Virus record (IMG/VR): IMGVR_UViG_3300032331_003728
Coordinates: 1 to 53,309 of that record
Origin: a virus
Lineage: Duplodnaviria; Caudoviricetes
Length of the DNA: 53,309 bases
Reading direction: 5' to 3' (one strand)
Under the pieces are notes generated by a model. It made no database searches and was not told the DNA's origin. It worked only from the letters and a program-made list of their open reading frames with translations. Below, piece after piece: positions 9,737-19,029 of the stretch. The translations under genes and the position numbers were made by a program. The first letter of the stretch is position 1. Every line of letters starts with the position of its first letter.

Positions 9737-12289
9737 ATGGCCGCATTTATTAGAAAACAATACGCTGGATCAGCTGTCCCAACAACGACATCAACGTTGT
9801 TGACGGTAGGCGGCACCTCCGTTGACATCCTTGCGACCACTGGCTGGCCGTCTTTACCTGGCGTCCCCTTCTATGTAGTTATTGGAACTGGAAGCGCGTA
9901 TGAGGAAAAATGTCTTGCCACAATTAGTGGGAATACACTTACTCTCACAAGAGCACAGGACGACACTACTGCCTACGAACACGCGATTGGCTCGCAGGTT
10001 TACCCGGTATTTACGGCTAATGACGCCGACGAAGCGAACGAACTTGTAACCAAACTCACAACCAAGGGCGACCTGCTCGTCACCGATGGCAACGGTTTGT
10101 TCAGACTTGACATAGGCGAGAACGGTTATTTCCTTAAAGCAAATAATTCTGCTTCATTTGGTGTTGAATGGGGTTCAATCCCAACTATCAATAGTCTTGA
10201 CGACGTTGGCGACGTAACGATAACAACCATCGAAGATGGTGACTTCTTAAAGTACAGTACTTCAGCATCTGCCTGGATTAATGAAACAGTCCACTTTCTT
10301 ACGGTCTCAGACACCGCTCCAAGCGACGAAGTAAAAGAAGGTGACCTCTGGTACAACTCAAGTGAACTTGAACTTTACACTTATTACTCAAGCAACTGGG
10401 TGCAAGTAACTCTTACACCAGAATTTCTGACAGTAGAAGAGCTTGACAATGTTTACATTGACAACGCAAATGCCGGCGATGTTTTAACTTTTGACGGCCT
10501 TGACTGGTATAACGATAACGTGGTCAGCCTTTTGGGACCAGATATATCTGTGGACACCGTAACAGCTTCAGTGTTCACTGGAAACTTGACTGGAAACTCC
10601 GACACGGCAACTGCTTTAGAAACACCACGAACAATATCCCTCTCTGGTGATGTGTCTGGCTCGGTTTCTTTTGACGGCACTCAAGATGTTTCCATATCGG
10701 CAACAGTCCAAATAAACTCCATAACCCTTGGGACGGATACAACTGGCAATTATATGTCTGGTATATCTGTGCAAAACGGACTCACTGTTTCGCATACTCC
10801 AGGAGAAGGTTCTTCAGCAACAGTTGGGATAGACAACGCTCTACTTAGTAATTTCCTGCTTGACGGTGCAAGCGGCAACTCGTATGGCCTTATAGGAACT
10901 TCGGCATATCTTGATGTAAAAAACACCAACGGTTACAACAAAGAAATTGAATTAGATATTGCCGCTGTCAAGACGCAACTCAATACAGATGGCTATTTAA
11001 CCGAGTCGAGCACAAGCACTCTTACAAATAAGACACTTACATCTCCGAAAATCAATGAGAACGTTGCGGTTACTGCGACTGCTACGGAATTGAATTATGT
11101 GGATGGTGTAACCTCTGCAATCCAGACACAATTAAACGACAAGGCGCCACTCGCTAGCCCAACATTCACCGGAACAGTTTCCGGAATAACCAAGACAATG
11201 GTGGGGTTGGGCAATGTTGACAATACTGCCGACAGTGCGAAACCAGTTTCTACGGCGCAACAAACGGCTCTTGACTTAAAAGCAAACTTGGCTTCTCCAG
11301 CCTTGACTGGGACACCAACGGCTCCAACAGCAGCAGCATCAACGAATACAACCCAAGTTGCCACTACGGCATTTGTTCGTGCAGAAGTCGCAGCACTCGT
11401 TGGTACCGCTGGAGCAACGCTAGATACTCTTGGTGAACTTGCTACCGCACTTGGAAATGATGCAAACCTTTCCACGACACTTACGACCAGCATTGGTCTA
11501 AAAGCACCACTTGCTTCACCAACATTCACGGGTACGGTAACACTTCCTGACAACACAGTTGCGCTTGGGGTAAAAACTACCGGTGATTATGTTTCATCCT
11601 TGGTTCAAGGAACAGGAGTAACGATAACCAACAACACGGGAGAAAGCTCAACTCCAACTATTGCGATTGGTCAATCAGTAGACACCAGTTCCTCTGTTCA
11701 GTTTGCAGCAGTTACGGCACCAGTGATTGGCAACGCATCAACAGCTACAACGCTACAAACCGCTCGTACGATAACCCTTGGCGGTGACCTTAGTGGTTCG
11801 GTGTCTTTTAATGGTTCTTCTAACGTAACACTTACGGCCACTGTTGCAGCAGACTCGGTAGCACTCGGTACAGACACAACTGGAAACTATATGGCCAATG
11901 TTTCTGCAAGTACTGGAATATCAATCTCCCACACTCAGGGTGAAGGTTCGACTGCGACAATTTCAACAACTGGCGTTCAGACGCTCGGTGCAAAAGCCGG
12001 CAACTACACGCTTGCTGCTGGTGATGCTGCAGAAACAATTATTATCATGGACTCAAGCTCCGCAAATGACCTGACCGTTCCACCGGCTTCGAGCGTTGCA
12101 TTTACAACGGGGACAAGTATCACTGTTATTCAACGTGGAACTGGCAAAACAAGAATACTTGCAGGCGCTGGAGTCACACTTCTTGCAACACCGGGTGTTT
12201 ACTTGAGAGCCAGATATTCATCTTGCACAATAGTCAAAACAGAAAATGCAAACGAGTGGTTTGTTATAGGTGACTTGGCGGCATCGTGA
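9737..12289 (+). CDS. Tail fibre protein
   Basis: AGGAG RBS; fibre motifs LTTKGDLL, LDDVGDV, EGDLWYNS, LTNKTLTSP, KAPLASPTFTG, SPALTGTPTAPT, DTLGELATAL; C-terminal YTL...LTVPP..SVAF..G...GDL domain. Confidence 0.85.
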   Translation: MAAFIRKQYAGSAVPTTTSTLLTVGGTSVDILATTGWPSLPGVPFYVVIGTGSAYEEKCLATISGNTLTLTRAQDDTTAYEHAIGSQVYPVFTANDADEANELVTKLTTKGDLLVTDGNGLFRLDIGENGYFLKANNSASFGVEWGSIPTINSLDDVGDVTITTIEDGDFLKYSTSASAWINETVHFLTVSDTAPSDEVKEGDLWYNSSELELYTYYSSNWVQVTLTPEFLTVEELDNVYIDNANAGDVLTFDGLDWYNDNVVSLLGPDISVDTVTASVFTGNLTGNSDTATALETPRTISLSGDVSGSVSFDGTQDVSISATVQINSITLGTDTTGNYMSGISVQNGLTVSHTPGEGSSATVGIDNALLSNFLLDGASGNSYGLIGTSAYLDVKNTNGYNKEIELDIAAVKTQLNTDGYLTESSTSTLTNKTLTSPKINENVAVTATATELNYVDGVTSAIQTQLNDKAPLASPTFTGTVSGITKTMVGLGNVDNTADSAKPVSTAQQTALDLKANLASPALTGTPTAPTAAASTNTTQVATTAFVRAEVAALVGTAGATLDTLGELATALGNDANLSTTLTTSIGLKAPLASPTFTGTVTLPDNTVALGVKTTGDYVSSLVQGTGVTITNNTGESSTPTIAIGQSVDTSSSVQFAAVTAPVIGNASTATTLQTARTITLGGDLSGSVSFNGSSNVTLTATVAADSVALGTDTTGNYMANVSASTGISISHTQGEGSTATISTTGVQTLGAKAGNYTLAAGDAAETIIIMDSSSANDLTVPPASSVAFTTGTSITVIQRGTGKTRILAGAGVTLLATPGVYLRARYSSCTIVKTENANEWFVIGDLAAS

Positions 12290-13248
12290 TTCCGGGCAAT
12301 CAGGCAAGTGGTGGAAAGTTTATTGACCCGCCAGATTCAATATCTGTAGTACCAAACGCTCTGGGCGGTGCCAGCGACATAGTCATCAATCACACTGGTT
12401 ACAAAGGAAAATCTGGGTCGGTTAAATTCAGGGTCACTTCAAACACTGGGGTCAGTTCTATTTCGGAAACTACAAGTGGCTCATCAAGGTCTATATCTTT
12501 GACCGGTTTAACTAATGGGGTGAGTTACACGTTTTCAGCAGTCACAATTGAGTCTCAGTCTTCTGTTGAATCTTTATCTGCCGCAACATCTGCGTCTTCG
12601 TTGGTGGCTGGAGTTCCAACCGCACCAGACCAACCAACAGTCTCGGCTGGAAACGGACAGGTTGGAGTTTCGTGGAATACACCAGCAAACAACGGTGCTG
12701 CTATTACGAGTTATATTGTTTACTGGTCAACATCGTCTGCTGCTATTCAAAGTTGGTCAAACTCTGTAAACACTGGTTCGACATCCACGTCTTATACCGT
12801 TACTGGATTGAGCAATGGAACTGCGTATTATTTTACGGTTATAGCAGTAAACGCTACTGGTCAGAGTGCAAGGTCTGCTGTTTCTAGCGGAGCAACGCCT
12901 GTTGTTCCAGGTCCACCACCACCCCCACCATGCTCTTGTGATGGTGTAGCCAGAAGACAATACGGTCAGTATTCATATTTGGACCCAGCCGGTTATGGTT
13001 GGACTTGCGACGGAACAGTTAGCTACGAATACTACGTATATGGAACTTGTGGTGGAGGAGCTTGCCCTGGTGAGGGCGGTTATAACGGAGCATACAGAAA
13101 TGGTGTTTGCGGTTATGTAACCCCACCTGCTCCAACTCCGACTCCGACTCCGACTCCGACTCCGACTCCGACCCCGACACCGACACCGACACCGACACCT
13201 GCGCCGTGTACCCCAGTTTGCATCAAGGGAGAATGTGCATGTATTTGA
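12286..13248 (+). CDS. FN3-domain protein with Cys-rich and (PT)n C-terminal tail
   Basis: Two FN3-like domains (LTGLTNGVSYTF; P.AP..PTVSAGNGQV.VSW..PANNG...YTVTGLSNGTAYYFTV.AVN); tail with 10 Cys and 11 PT repeats; GTGA overlap with the fibre gene. Confidence 0.85.
   Translation: MIPGNQASGGKFIDPPDSISVVPNALGGASDIVINHTGYKGKSGSVKFRVTSNTGVSSISETTSGSSRSISLTGLTNGVSYTFSAVTIESQSSVESLSAATSASSLVAGVPTAPDQPTVSAGNGQVGVSWNTPANNGAAITSYIVYWSTSSAAIQSWSNSVNTGSTSTSYTVTGLSNGTAYYFTVIAVNATGQSARSAVSSGATPVVPGPPPPPPCSCDGVARRQYGQYSYLDPAGYGWTCDGTVSYEYYVYGTCGGGACPGEGGYNGAYRNGVCGYVTPPAPTPTPTPTPTPTPTPTPTPTPTPAPCTPVCIKGECACI
13132..13200 (+). repeat. Hexanucleotide tandem repeat (CCGACT/CCGACA)n encoding (PT)11
   Basis: Directly visible in the sequence. 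Confidence 0.9.
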
Positions 13249-13260
13249 TAAGGTTTAATC

Positions 13261-13725
13261 ATGAGTGATAATAACTGGCAAGACATATCACCTAATGCGG
13301 AGTTTGACCACTTTGCAGACTGGCTTACCATGGAAAACCTTGTTGGAGAATATGGGGAACCAGGATTCAGCAAGATGGTAAGGGAATTTATTTGGCCATC
13401 AATAAACCCTGGTTATGCGATGCCATTTACTTTTAATATGCTCAGAAATGATGATGGACTACTAATTGGATTAGTGGTTAACTACATGATGAATGGAGTT
13501 AGAAAACCATGGGTGGTCATGACGCATCCTGACCATCAACGACAAGGAGTGATGACCAGACTTGGCAACTTTATAGTTGCAGATTATGAACAAGAATATC
13601 AACGTCAATTTTCATTTAGTGATAGCTGGTCGGACGCAGAGACAACCGAATCAGCGGCAAATTTTGCTAACAAGTTTGCAAAAAAAGTAATTGAAAGCAG
13701 AACTCAAGACAATAATACAGTTTAA
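13261..13725 (+). CDS. GNAT-family acetyltransferase-like protein
   Basis: VMTHPDHQRQGVMTRL acetyl-CoA binding motif A. Confidence 0.7.
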   Translation: MSDNNWQDISPNAEFDHFADWLTMENLVGEYGEPGFSKMVREFIWPSINPGYAMPFTFNMLRNDDGLLIGLVVNYMMNGVRKPWVVMTHPDHQRQGVMTRLGNFIVADYEQEYQRQFSFSDSWSDAETTESAANFANKFAKKVIESRTQDNNTV

Positions 13726-13743
13726 GCATTAAGGGTTGTTGCA

Positions 13744-14331
13744 ATGAAATACATCAATGTTAACGGTGTCTGTATTTACAGAAATGCAATCATTAATCCA
13801 CACGAGATAATAGAAGCTTCTGAGTTGTTGAACATTTCAACCGATAGCAAGGGCAATTGGAGCCAATCTACAGTGATTGATACTGAGGGGAAGGTCTTTG
13901 TTTCTGACGTTAGAACAAATCAGCTAATGTTTACCCCAACGCCAACCCAGAATGGTGACGAATCATCCGCTCAGGTAATGTTAGCAAACAAAATCAACGA
14001 GTATGTTCTCCCATGTGTCCAGAACTTTGCTGCAAAATTTGGGCTGTCAATCAAATTTCAATCCACCCATGGATATCAAATTCTTAAATATTCAATTGGC
14101 GAGCATTACGTATCCCACCTAGACGACGGGGAAAAAACTAGGCGTTACGCATCCGCTGTTGTATATCTCAACGATGACTATGAGGGCGGAGAGTTGTATT
14201 TTCAAGATTTGAATTTTACTTATCAGCCCGTTGCTGGAGATGTTGTAATTTTTCCTTCTGGAGCACCGTTTAGGCATGAGGCAAAACCGGTAATAAGCGG
14301 TATCAAGTACTCCATTGCTAATTGGTGGTAA
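13744..14331 (+). CDS. 2OG-Fe(II) oxygenase (prolyl 4-hydroxylase-like)
   Basis: HLD...YLNDDYEGGELYF...P.AGDVVIFPS...HEAKPVISGIKYS. Confidence 0.92.
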   Translation: MKYINVNGVCIYRNAIINPHEIIEASELLNISTDSKGNWSQSTVIDTEGKVFVSDVRTNQLMFTPTPTQNGDESSAQVMLANKINEYVLPCVQNFAAKFGLSIKFQSTHGYQILKYSIGEHYVSHLDDGEKTRRYASAVVYLNDDYEGGELYFQDLNFTYQPVAGDVVIFPSGAPFRHEAKPVISGIKYSIANWW

Positions 14332-14394
14332 AAAGCCACTGGAAAACAACAGACTAGGGTCAATGAAAGACTGTCTTGTGAGATAATTGGCCTC

Positions 14395-14577
14395 ATGCCA
14401 ATCGTTTTCCCTTCATCTCCGTCAATAAATGACGAGTTTTCTATTGCTGGAAAATCCTGGAGCTGGAACGGGTTCCGTTGGCAAAGATTTAAATCTGCGA
14501 TAATTGACGGTGGGTTTGCCAACATTGAGATAAATGTTGCAAATGACGAACTGATTGCTGACGGAGGCGATGCTTAA
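14395..14577 (+). CDS. Small fibre-associated protein
   Basis: FPSSPSINDEF...W.WNG.RW and IDGG motifs typical of phage fibre modules; GATAAT 7 nt upstream. Confidence 0.65.
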   Translation: MPIVFPSSPSINDEFSIAGKSWSWNGFRWQRFKSAIIDGGFANIEINVANDELIADGGDA

Positions 14578-17500
14578 TGGCTTATAAAAAAATACTTTTC
14601 CGTCGCGACACTTTGGCAAATTGGGCAAGCGCAAACCCGGTTTTGGCCGCTGGCGAAATTGGCCTTGAGTCTGATACGAACAAGATAAAACTTGGAAACG
14701 GTTCATCTCATTGGAATTCATTGTTGTATTTTTATGGAAGCCTTGAAACCACCGGAATTGATGCGCTTAATGACGTAGTCATAACCAGCGTCCAAAGCGG
14801 CGACGTTCTTCGCTGGAACGGAACAGCCTGGATAAATGACCCTATAAATCTTGGTGATGACACCGTAGGAAGTTTTGTTCAAAACCTTGTTGCAGGAACT
14901 GGTGTTACGCTAACAAATAATTCTGGTGAAAAAGCTACGCCGACAGTAGCAATCGGTCAGGCCGTTGCGACTTCATCATCCGTGCAATTTGCTGCAGTTA
15001 CTGCACCAGTAATAGGAAACGCAAGCACGGCAAGTGCTTTGCAAACTGCGCGCACAATCCAAGTTAGCGGTGACGTTTCTGGTTCTGCATCTTTCGACGG
15101 TTCGCAAAACATAAATATCACGTCAACCATTCAGCCAAACTCCGTAGCTCTAGGAACAGATACAACCGGTGACTATGTGACCTCACTTGTCGCAGGTACT
15201 GGCGTTAGCCTTAGCAACAACTCTGGGGAATCGGCATCTCCCACAATCGCAATTGGACAAGAAGTAGCAACATCTTCATCTGTCACGTTTGCTCACGTTC
15301 TCGGAAACGTAACAGGAAATTTAACCGGAAACGCTTCGACTGCTGCGTCCCTGCAGACATCAAGAACAATATCCCTAACTGGCGATGTTGCTGGCTCTGT
15401 TGCGTTTAACGGTTCTGGCGATGTGTCCATAACCACCGCAGTTCAGCCAAACTCTGTAGCACTAGGTACCGATACAACCGGAAACTATATGACAGAAGTA
15501 ACCGGTGGTACCGGTATAACAATAAGTCACACCCCAGGTGAAGGTTCAAACGCAACAATATCCATTGGTCAAGCTGTTTCGACCGCAGACACTCCAACTT
15601 TTGCTGGAGCGTATCTTGATGCAATCAAAATCGGCGTTACAGACGCGAACACGATTGACACAGCATCCGGGAATTTAACACTTAACTCAGTTGGCGGAAC
15701 TACAACCGTTGATGACAACTTGATTGTTACTGGAACATTGACTGTATCTGGTTCTGTTTCTTACGTAAACACAACCAATCTGGAAATTGGCGACAACATC
15801 ATCACCCTCAATAACGATGAAACTGGAACTCCATCCCAGAATGCCGGTATTGAAATTGAGCGTGGAACATCAGCAAATGTACTCCTCCAATACAACGAAA
15901 CAAGCGATGTATGGGAACTTACCAACGATGGTTCCGTGTACTCACCAGTCGAGACAACGGCAACAGTAGTAACAAAATTAAGGCAACAGCTGTGGCACAA
16001 CGACGTATACGCCGCAACAGTAGGGCCACTTGCAAACTCCCCTACCTACACGGCTGGAAGTGCTGATAAAAACGGCGGAACTGGCGTTGGTGCAAAACTT
16101 GCAGCAACAACAAACGGCGTTCTTTCCATCGACGGGGCACCAGCATCACTGAATTATCGAGTATTGGTTAAAGACCAAGCTAATAACATCCATAACGGAA
16201 TTTACAAAGTCACAGCGGCCGGAACTTCAACTTCAACATGGGAGTTAACAAGGGCAGCCGACTTTGATAACTCAACATTTGGCCAAGTCACTTATGGCAA
16301 ATCAGTAAGAGTCGCAACTGGCGACGTTAACCAATTACAAACTTTTGCTCTTACATCTTTCGGCAGTGTTTACCTAAACGAGCTAGAAGAGATGGTCCAC
16401 GTAGTTGGCACCGAGCCAATTGTTTGGTCACAGGTAAGCGGCAAGGCCGTACTTGTGCCGGGTAATGGTTTGGAGATAACAGAAAACGTACTTGCACTTC
16501 CTTCAATAAGCCAATCAAATAGCGCGTCAACAGCTGGCGGGTATAATTTTATAGAGAGTGTGAACGTTGACTCATATGGTCGCTTGCTTGGCGTTACAAC
16601 TAATAACGTTCTTATTGACTTGGGAACAAGAACTCAAGGTGATTATGTTCAGAGCGTTTCGGCTTCCGCCAATACTGGTATAACAATTTCCGGAACTGGC
16701 GAGGGAGCCACAGTATCTGTTGGTTCAAACGCAACATCAAATAATACAAACAGCACCATTGTTATGCGCGATTCAAGCGGTAACTTTAGCGCCGGCAATA
16801 TCACCGCAGAACTTACGGGCAATGCTTCAACGGCAAACACTCTTTACACTGCTCGCTCAATCGGCCTGACCGGTGACTTGAGTGGTTCCGTTTCCTTCAA
16901 TGGTTCCCAGGACGTTGTAATAAATGCGACACTTGAAGCAAACTCCATAGCTCTAGGAACTGACACAACAGGAAATTACGTGTCCTCGCTTGTTGAGGGC
17001 ACTGGCGTAACAATTACCAACAATTCTGGAGAATCTGCATCTCCGACTATTGCAATCGGACAAGTAGTTGGAACAAGTTCATCCGTAACGTTTGCACAAG
17101 TATCCGCACCGGTAATTGGCAATGTAACAGGAAATCTCACAGGAAATGTGACGGGAAACGTTGCAGGAAACGTAACCGGAAACGTAACTGGAACAGTTTT
17201 TGGAAACGTAACTGGTAGTTCTGGAACCGTAACATCAATTGCAACTCACGCCTTAGGTGAACTTTCAAACGTAAGCGCTTCATCACCAGCTTCTGGCGAG
17301 TTCTTGAAATGGAATGGCTCGGCCTGGGTTTCAGATGCAATCGACTTATCAACAGACACAAACGGAAACTTTGTATCTTCAATTAATGCCGGAACTGGTG
17401 TTTCGCTAACAAACGGAACAGCCGCTGAAGCTGGCAATCCGACTATCAATATTGGCCAAGCAATTGGCACAAGCGACTCTCCATCATTTGCAAACATGAG

Positions 17501-18707
17501 CGTTGGTGCTGCACAAGTAAACGCACAAGGTATTACATACAGCGGTGGAACTGGGCTTGCCACGGTTAAGGCAGTTGGTCATGGTCTCGCTGTCGGCGCA
17601 AGAATAACCGTATCGGGAGCAACGCAGACTGGATACAACGGAACTTACTCAATTCTTTCCGTTCCTCTTTCATCAACTTTTACATATCAACCAACTGTTG
17701 GCCCATCGGCAAATATTGCCTCCGGCCCATTCCTTGTATATGTTGCCGGTGCAATAACCTTCGAAGGTTCTACCGATGACTCATACGAAACAACAATTGT
17801 TGCGATTGACCCAACAGCGGATAGAATTATTTCTCTGCCAAACGCTACGACCCAATTGGTTGGAACAGACACAACAGATACCCTTACGAACAAGACTCTC
17901 ACGAGTCCGACCATTACAGGCGTATCGCCAGTAATCACACTTGCTGGAGACTTAAGCGGTTCTGCTACTTTCACTAATCTTGGAAACGCAACTCTTACTG
18001 CAACGATTGCAGCAGATTCGGTTGCACTTGGAACAGATACAACTGGTAATTACGTTGCCAACCTCACCGAGGGAACCGGCGTAACAATCACTGCAAACTC
18101 TGGCGAAGGTGCAACTCCAACAATCTCAATTGGCCAAAACGTTGCTACTTCTTCGTCGGTCAGCTTTAACACTATAACCGTAGGTAACCTAGTAGTTACT
18201 GGAAGTCAAACTTCAACGAGTCAAGCAAATCTCAACGTTGCCGACAGCATTATTACCCTCAACTCAAACGTAACCGGGTCTCCAACTTTGAACGCAGGAG
18301 TTGTTGTCGAAAGAGGAACTTCCGCAAATGTTGACATCAGGTGGAATGAGACTCTGGACCGTTGGGAAGCAACCTCCGACGGCTCGACCTACTCGCAAAT
18401 AACTTCTGGCGCAAGAATGACGATTAGTGATACGCCTCCGGCTAGCCCTACCAGCGGCGATTTCTGGTTTGAGTCTGATTCGGCAATCACATTTGTTTAC
18501 TACGACTCTTACTGGATTGAAATCGGTTCATCTGGAATTGGTGCGGTAACCACGGCTACCGCTCCATCAAACCCTGCAAATGGTCAGTTTTGGTTCAAGA
18601 ACACAACGAACGAAATGTACGTTTACTACAACAGTAGCTGGGTGCTGGTAAACAGCTCAACTAACACTAGCGATGTTGAAATTGCGTCTATCATGGGAGC
18701 GTATTAA
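14577..18707 (+). CDS. Long tail fibre protein with Mtd_N/hyaluronidase-like N-terminus
   Basis: RRDT.ANW.S.NPVLAAGEIG.E.DT.K.K.GNG N-terminus; repeated ARTI.L.GD..GS.SF.GS and VALGTDTTGNY modules; NAGIEIERGTS; RVLVKDQ...NGIY.V. Confidence 0.87.
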   Translation: MAYKKILFRRDTLANWASANPVLAAGEIGLESDTNKIKLGNGSSHWNSLLYFYGSLETTGIDALNDVVITSVQSGDVLRWNGTAWINDPINLGDDTVGSFVQNLVAGTGVTLTNNSGEKATPTVAIGQAVATSSSVQFAAVTAPVIGNASTASALQTARTIQVSGDVSGSASFDGSQNINITSTIQPNSVALGTDTTGDYVTSLVAGTGVSLSNNSGESASPTIAIGQEVATSSSVTFAHVLGNVTGNLTGNASTAASLQTSRTISLTGDVAGSVAFNGSGDVSITTAVQPNSVALGTDTTGNYMTEVTGGTGITISHTPGEGSNATISIGQAVSTADTPTFAGAYLDAIKIGVTDANTIDTASGNLTLNSVGGTTTVDDNLIVTGTLTVSGSVSYVNTTNLEIGDNIITLNNDETGTPSQNAGIEIERGTSANVLLQYNETSDVWELTNDGSVYSPVETTATVVTKLRQQLWHNDVYAATVGPLANSPTYTAGSADKNGGTGVGAKLAATTNGVLSIDGAPASLNYRVLVKDQANNIHNGIYKVTAAGTSTSTWELTRAADFDNSTFGQVTYGKSVRVATGDVNQLQTFALTSFGSVYLNELEEMVHVVGTEPIVWSQVSGKAVLVPGNGLEITENVLALPSISQSNSASTAGGYNFIESVNVDSYGRLLGVTTNNVLIDLGTRTQGDYVQSVSASANTGITISGTGEGATVSVGSNATSNNTNSTIVMRDSSGNFSAGNITAELTGNASTANTLYTARSIGLTGDLSGSVSFNGSQDVVINATLEANSIALGTDTTGNYVSSLVEGTGVTITNNSGESASPTIAIGQVVGTSSSVTFAQVSAPVIGNVTGNLTGNVTGNVAGNVTGNVTGTVFGNVTGSSGTVTSIATHALGELSNVSASSPASGEFLKWNGSAWVSDAIDLSTDTNGNFVSSINAGTGVSLTNGTAAEAGNPTINIGQAIGTSDSPSFANMSVGAAQVNAQGITYSGGTGLATVKAVGHGLAVGARITVSGATQTGYNGTYSILSVPLSSTFTYQPTVGPSANIASGPFLVYVAGAITFEGSTDDSYETTIVAIDPTADRIISLPNATTQLVGTDTTDTLTNKTLTSPTITGVSPVITLAGDLSGSATFTNLGNATLTATIAADSVALGTDTTGNYVANLTEGTGVTITANSGEGATPTISIGQNVATSSSVSFNTITVGNLVVTGSQTSTSQANLNVADSIITLNSNVTGSPTLNAGVVVERGTSANVDIRWNETLDRWEATSDGSTYSQITSGARMTISDTPPASPTSGDFWFESDSAITFVYYDSYWIEIGSSGIGAVTTATAPSNPANGQFWFKNTTNEMYVYYNSSWVLVNSSTNTSDVEIASIMGAY

Positions 18708-18723
18708 ATGACTGGAGTAAGTA

Positions 18724-19029
18724 ATGGCTAATTCAGCTAAAACACTATTTAGAGGTGCGGCAACCACAACTACAAGCACAACTCTTTACACTGTGCCGTC
18801 CGCGACAACAGCAATTGTGACAAACATTGTTGTCACCAATACTGCAGCAACAGACGGAACATTTACTTTGTCCCTGGATGATGTAGCTTTTGCATCCGCC
18901 GTAACGGTTCCTGCTAAGGGTATTTTTACTCTTGACATCAAACAAGTATTAACTACAACCAAAACAATAAAGGGTGGCGCTAATGCCACCTCTGTTAACT
19001 TCCACATCAGTGGAATGGAGATTGCATAA
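18724..19029 (+). CDS. Small virion structural protein
   Basis: GGAG RBS; TTLYTVPS.TTAIVTNIVV.N...FHISG.EI pattern. Confidence 0.65.
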   Translation: MANSAKTLFRGAATTTTSTTLYTVPSATTAIVTNIVVTNTAATDGTFTLSLDDVAFASAVTVPAKGIFTLDIKQVLTTTKTIKGGANATSVNFHISGMEIA

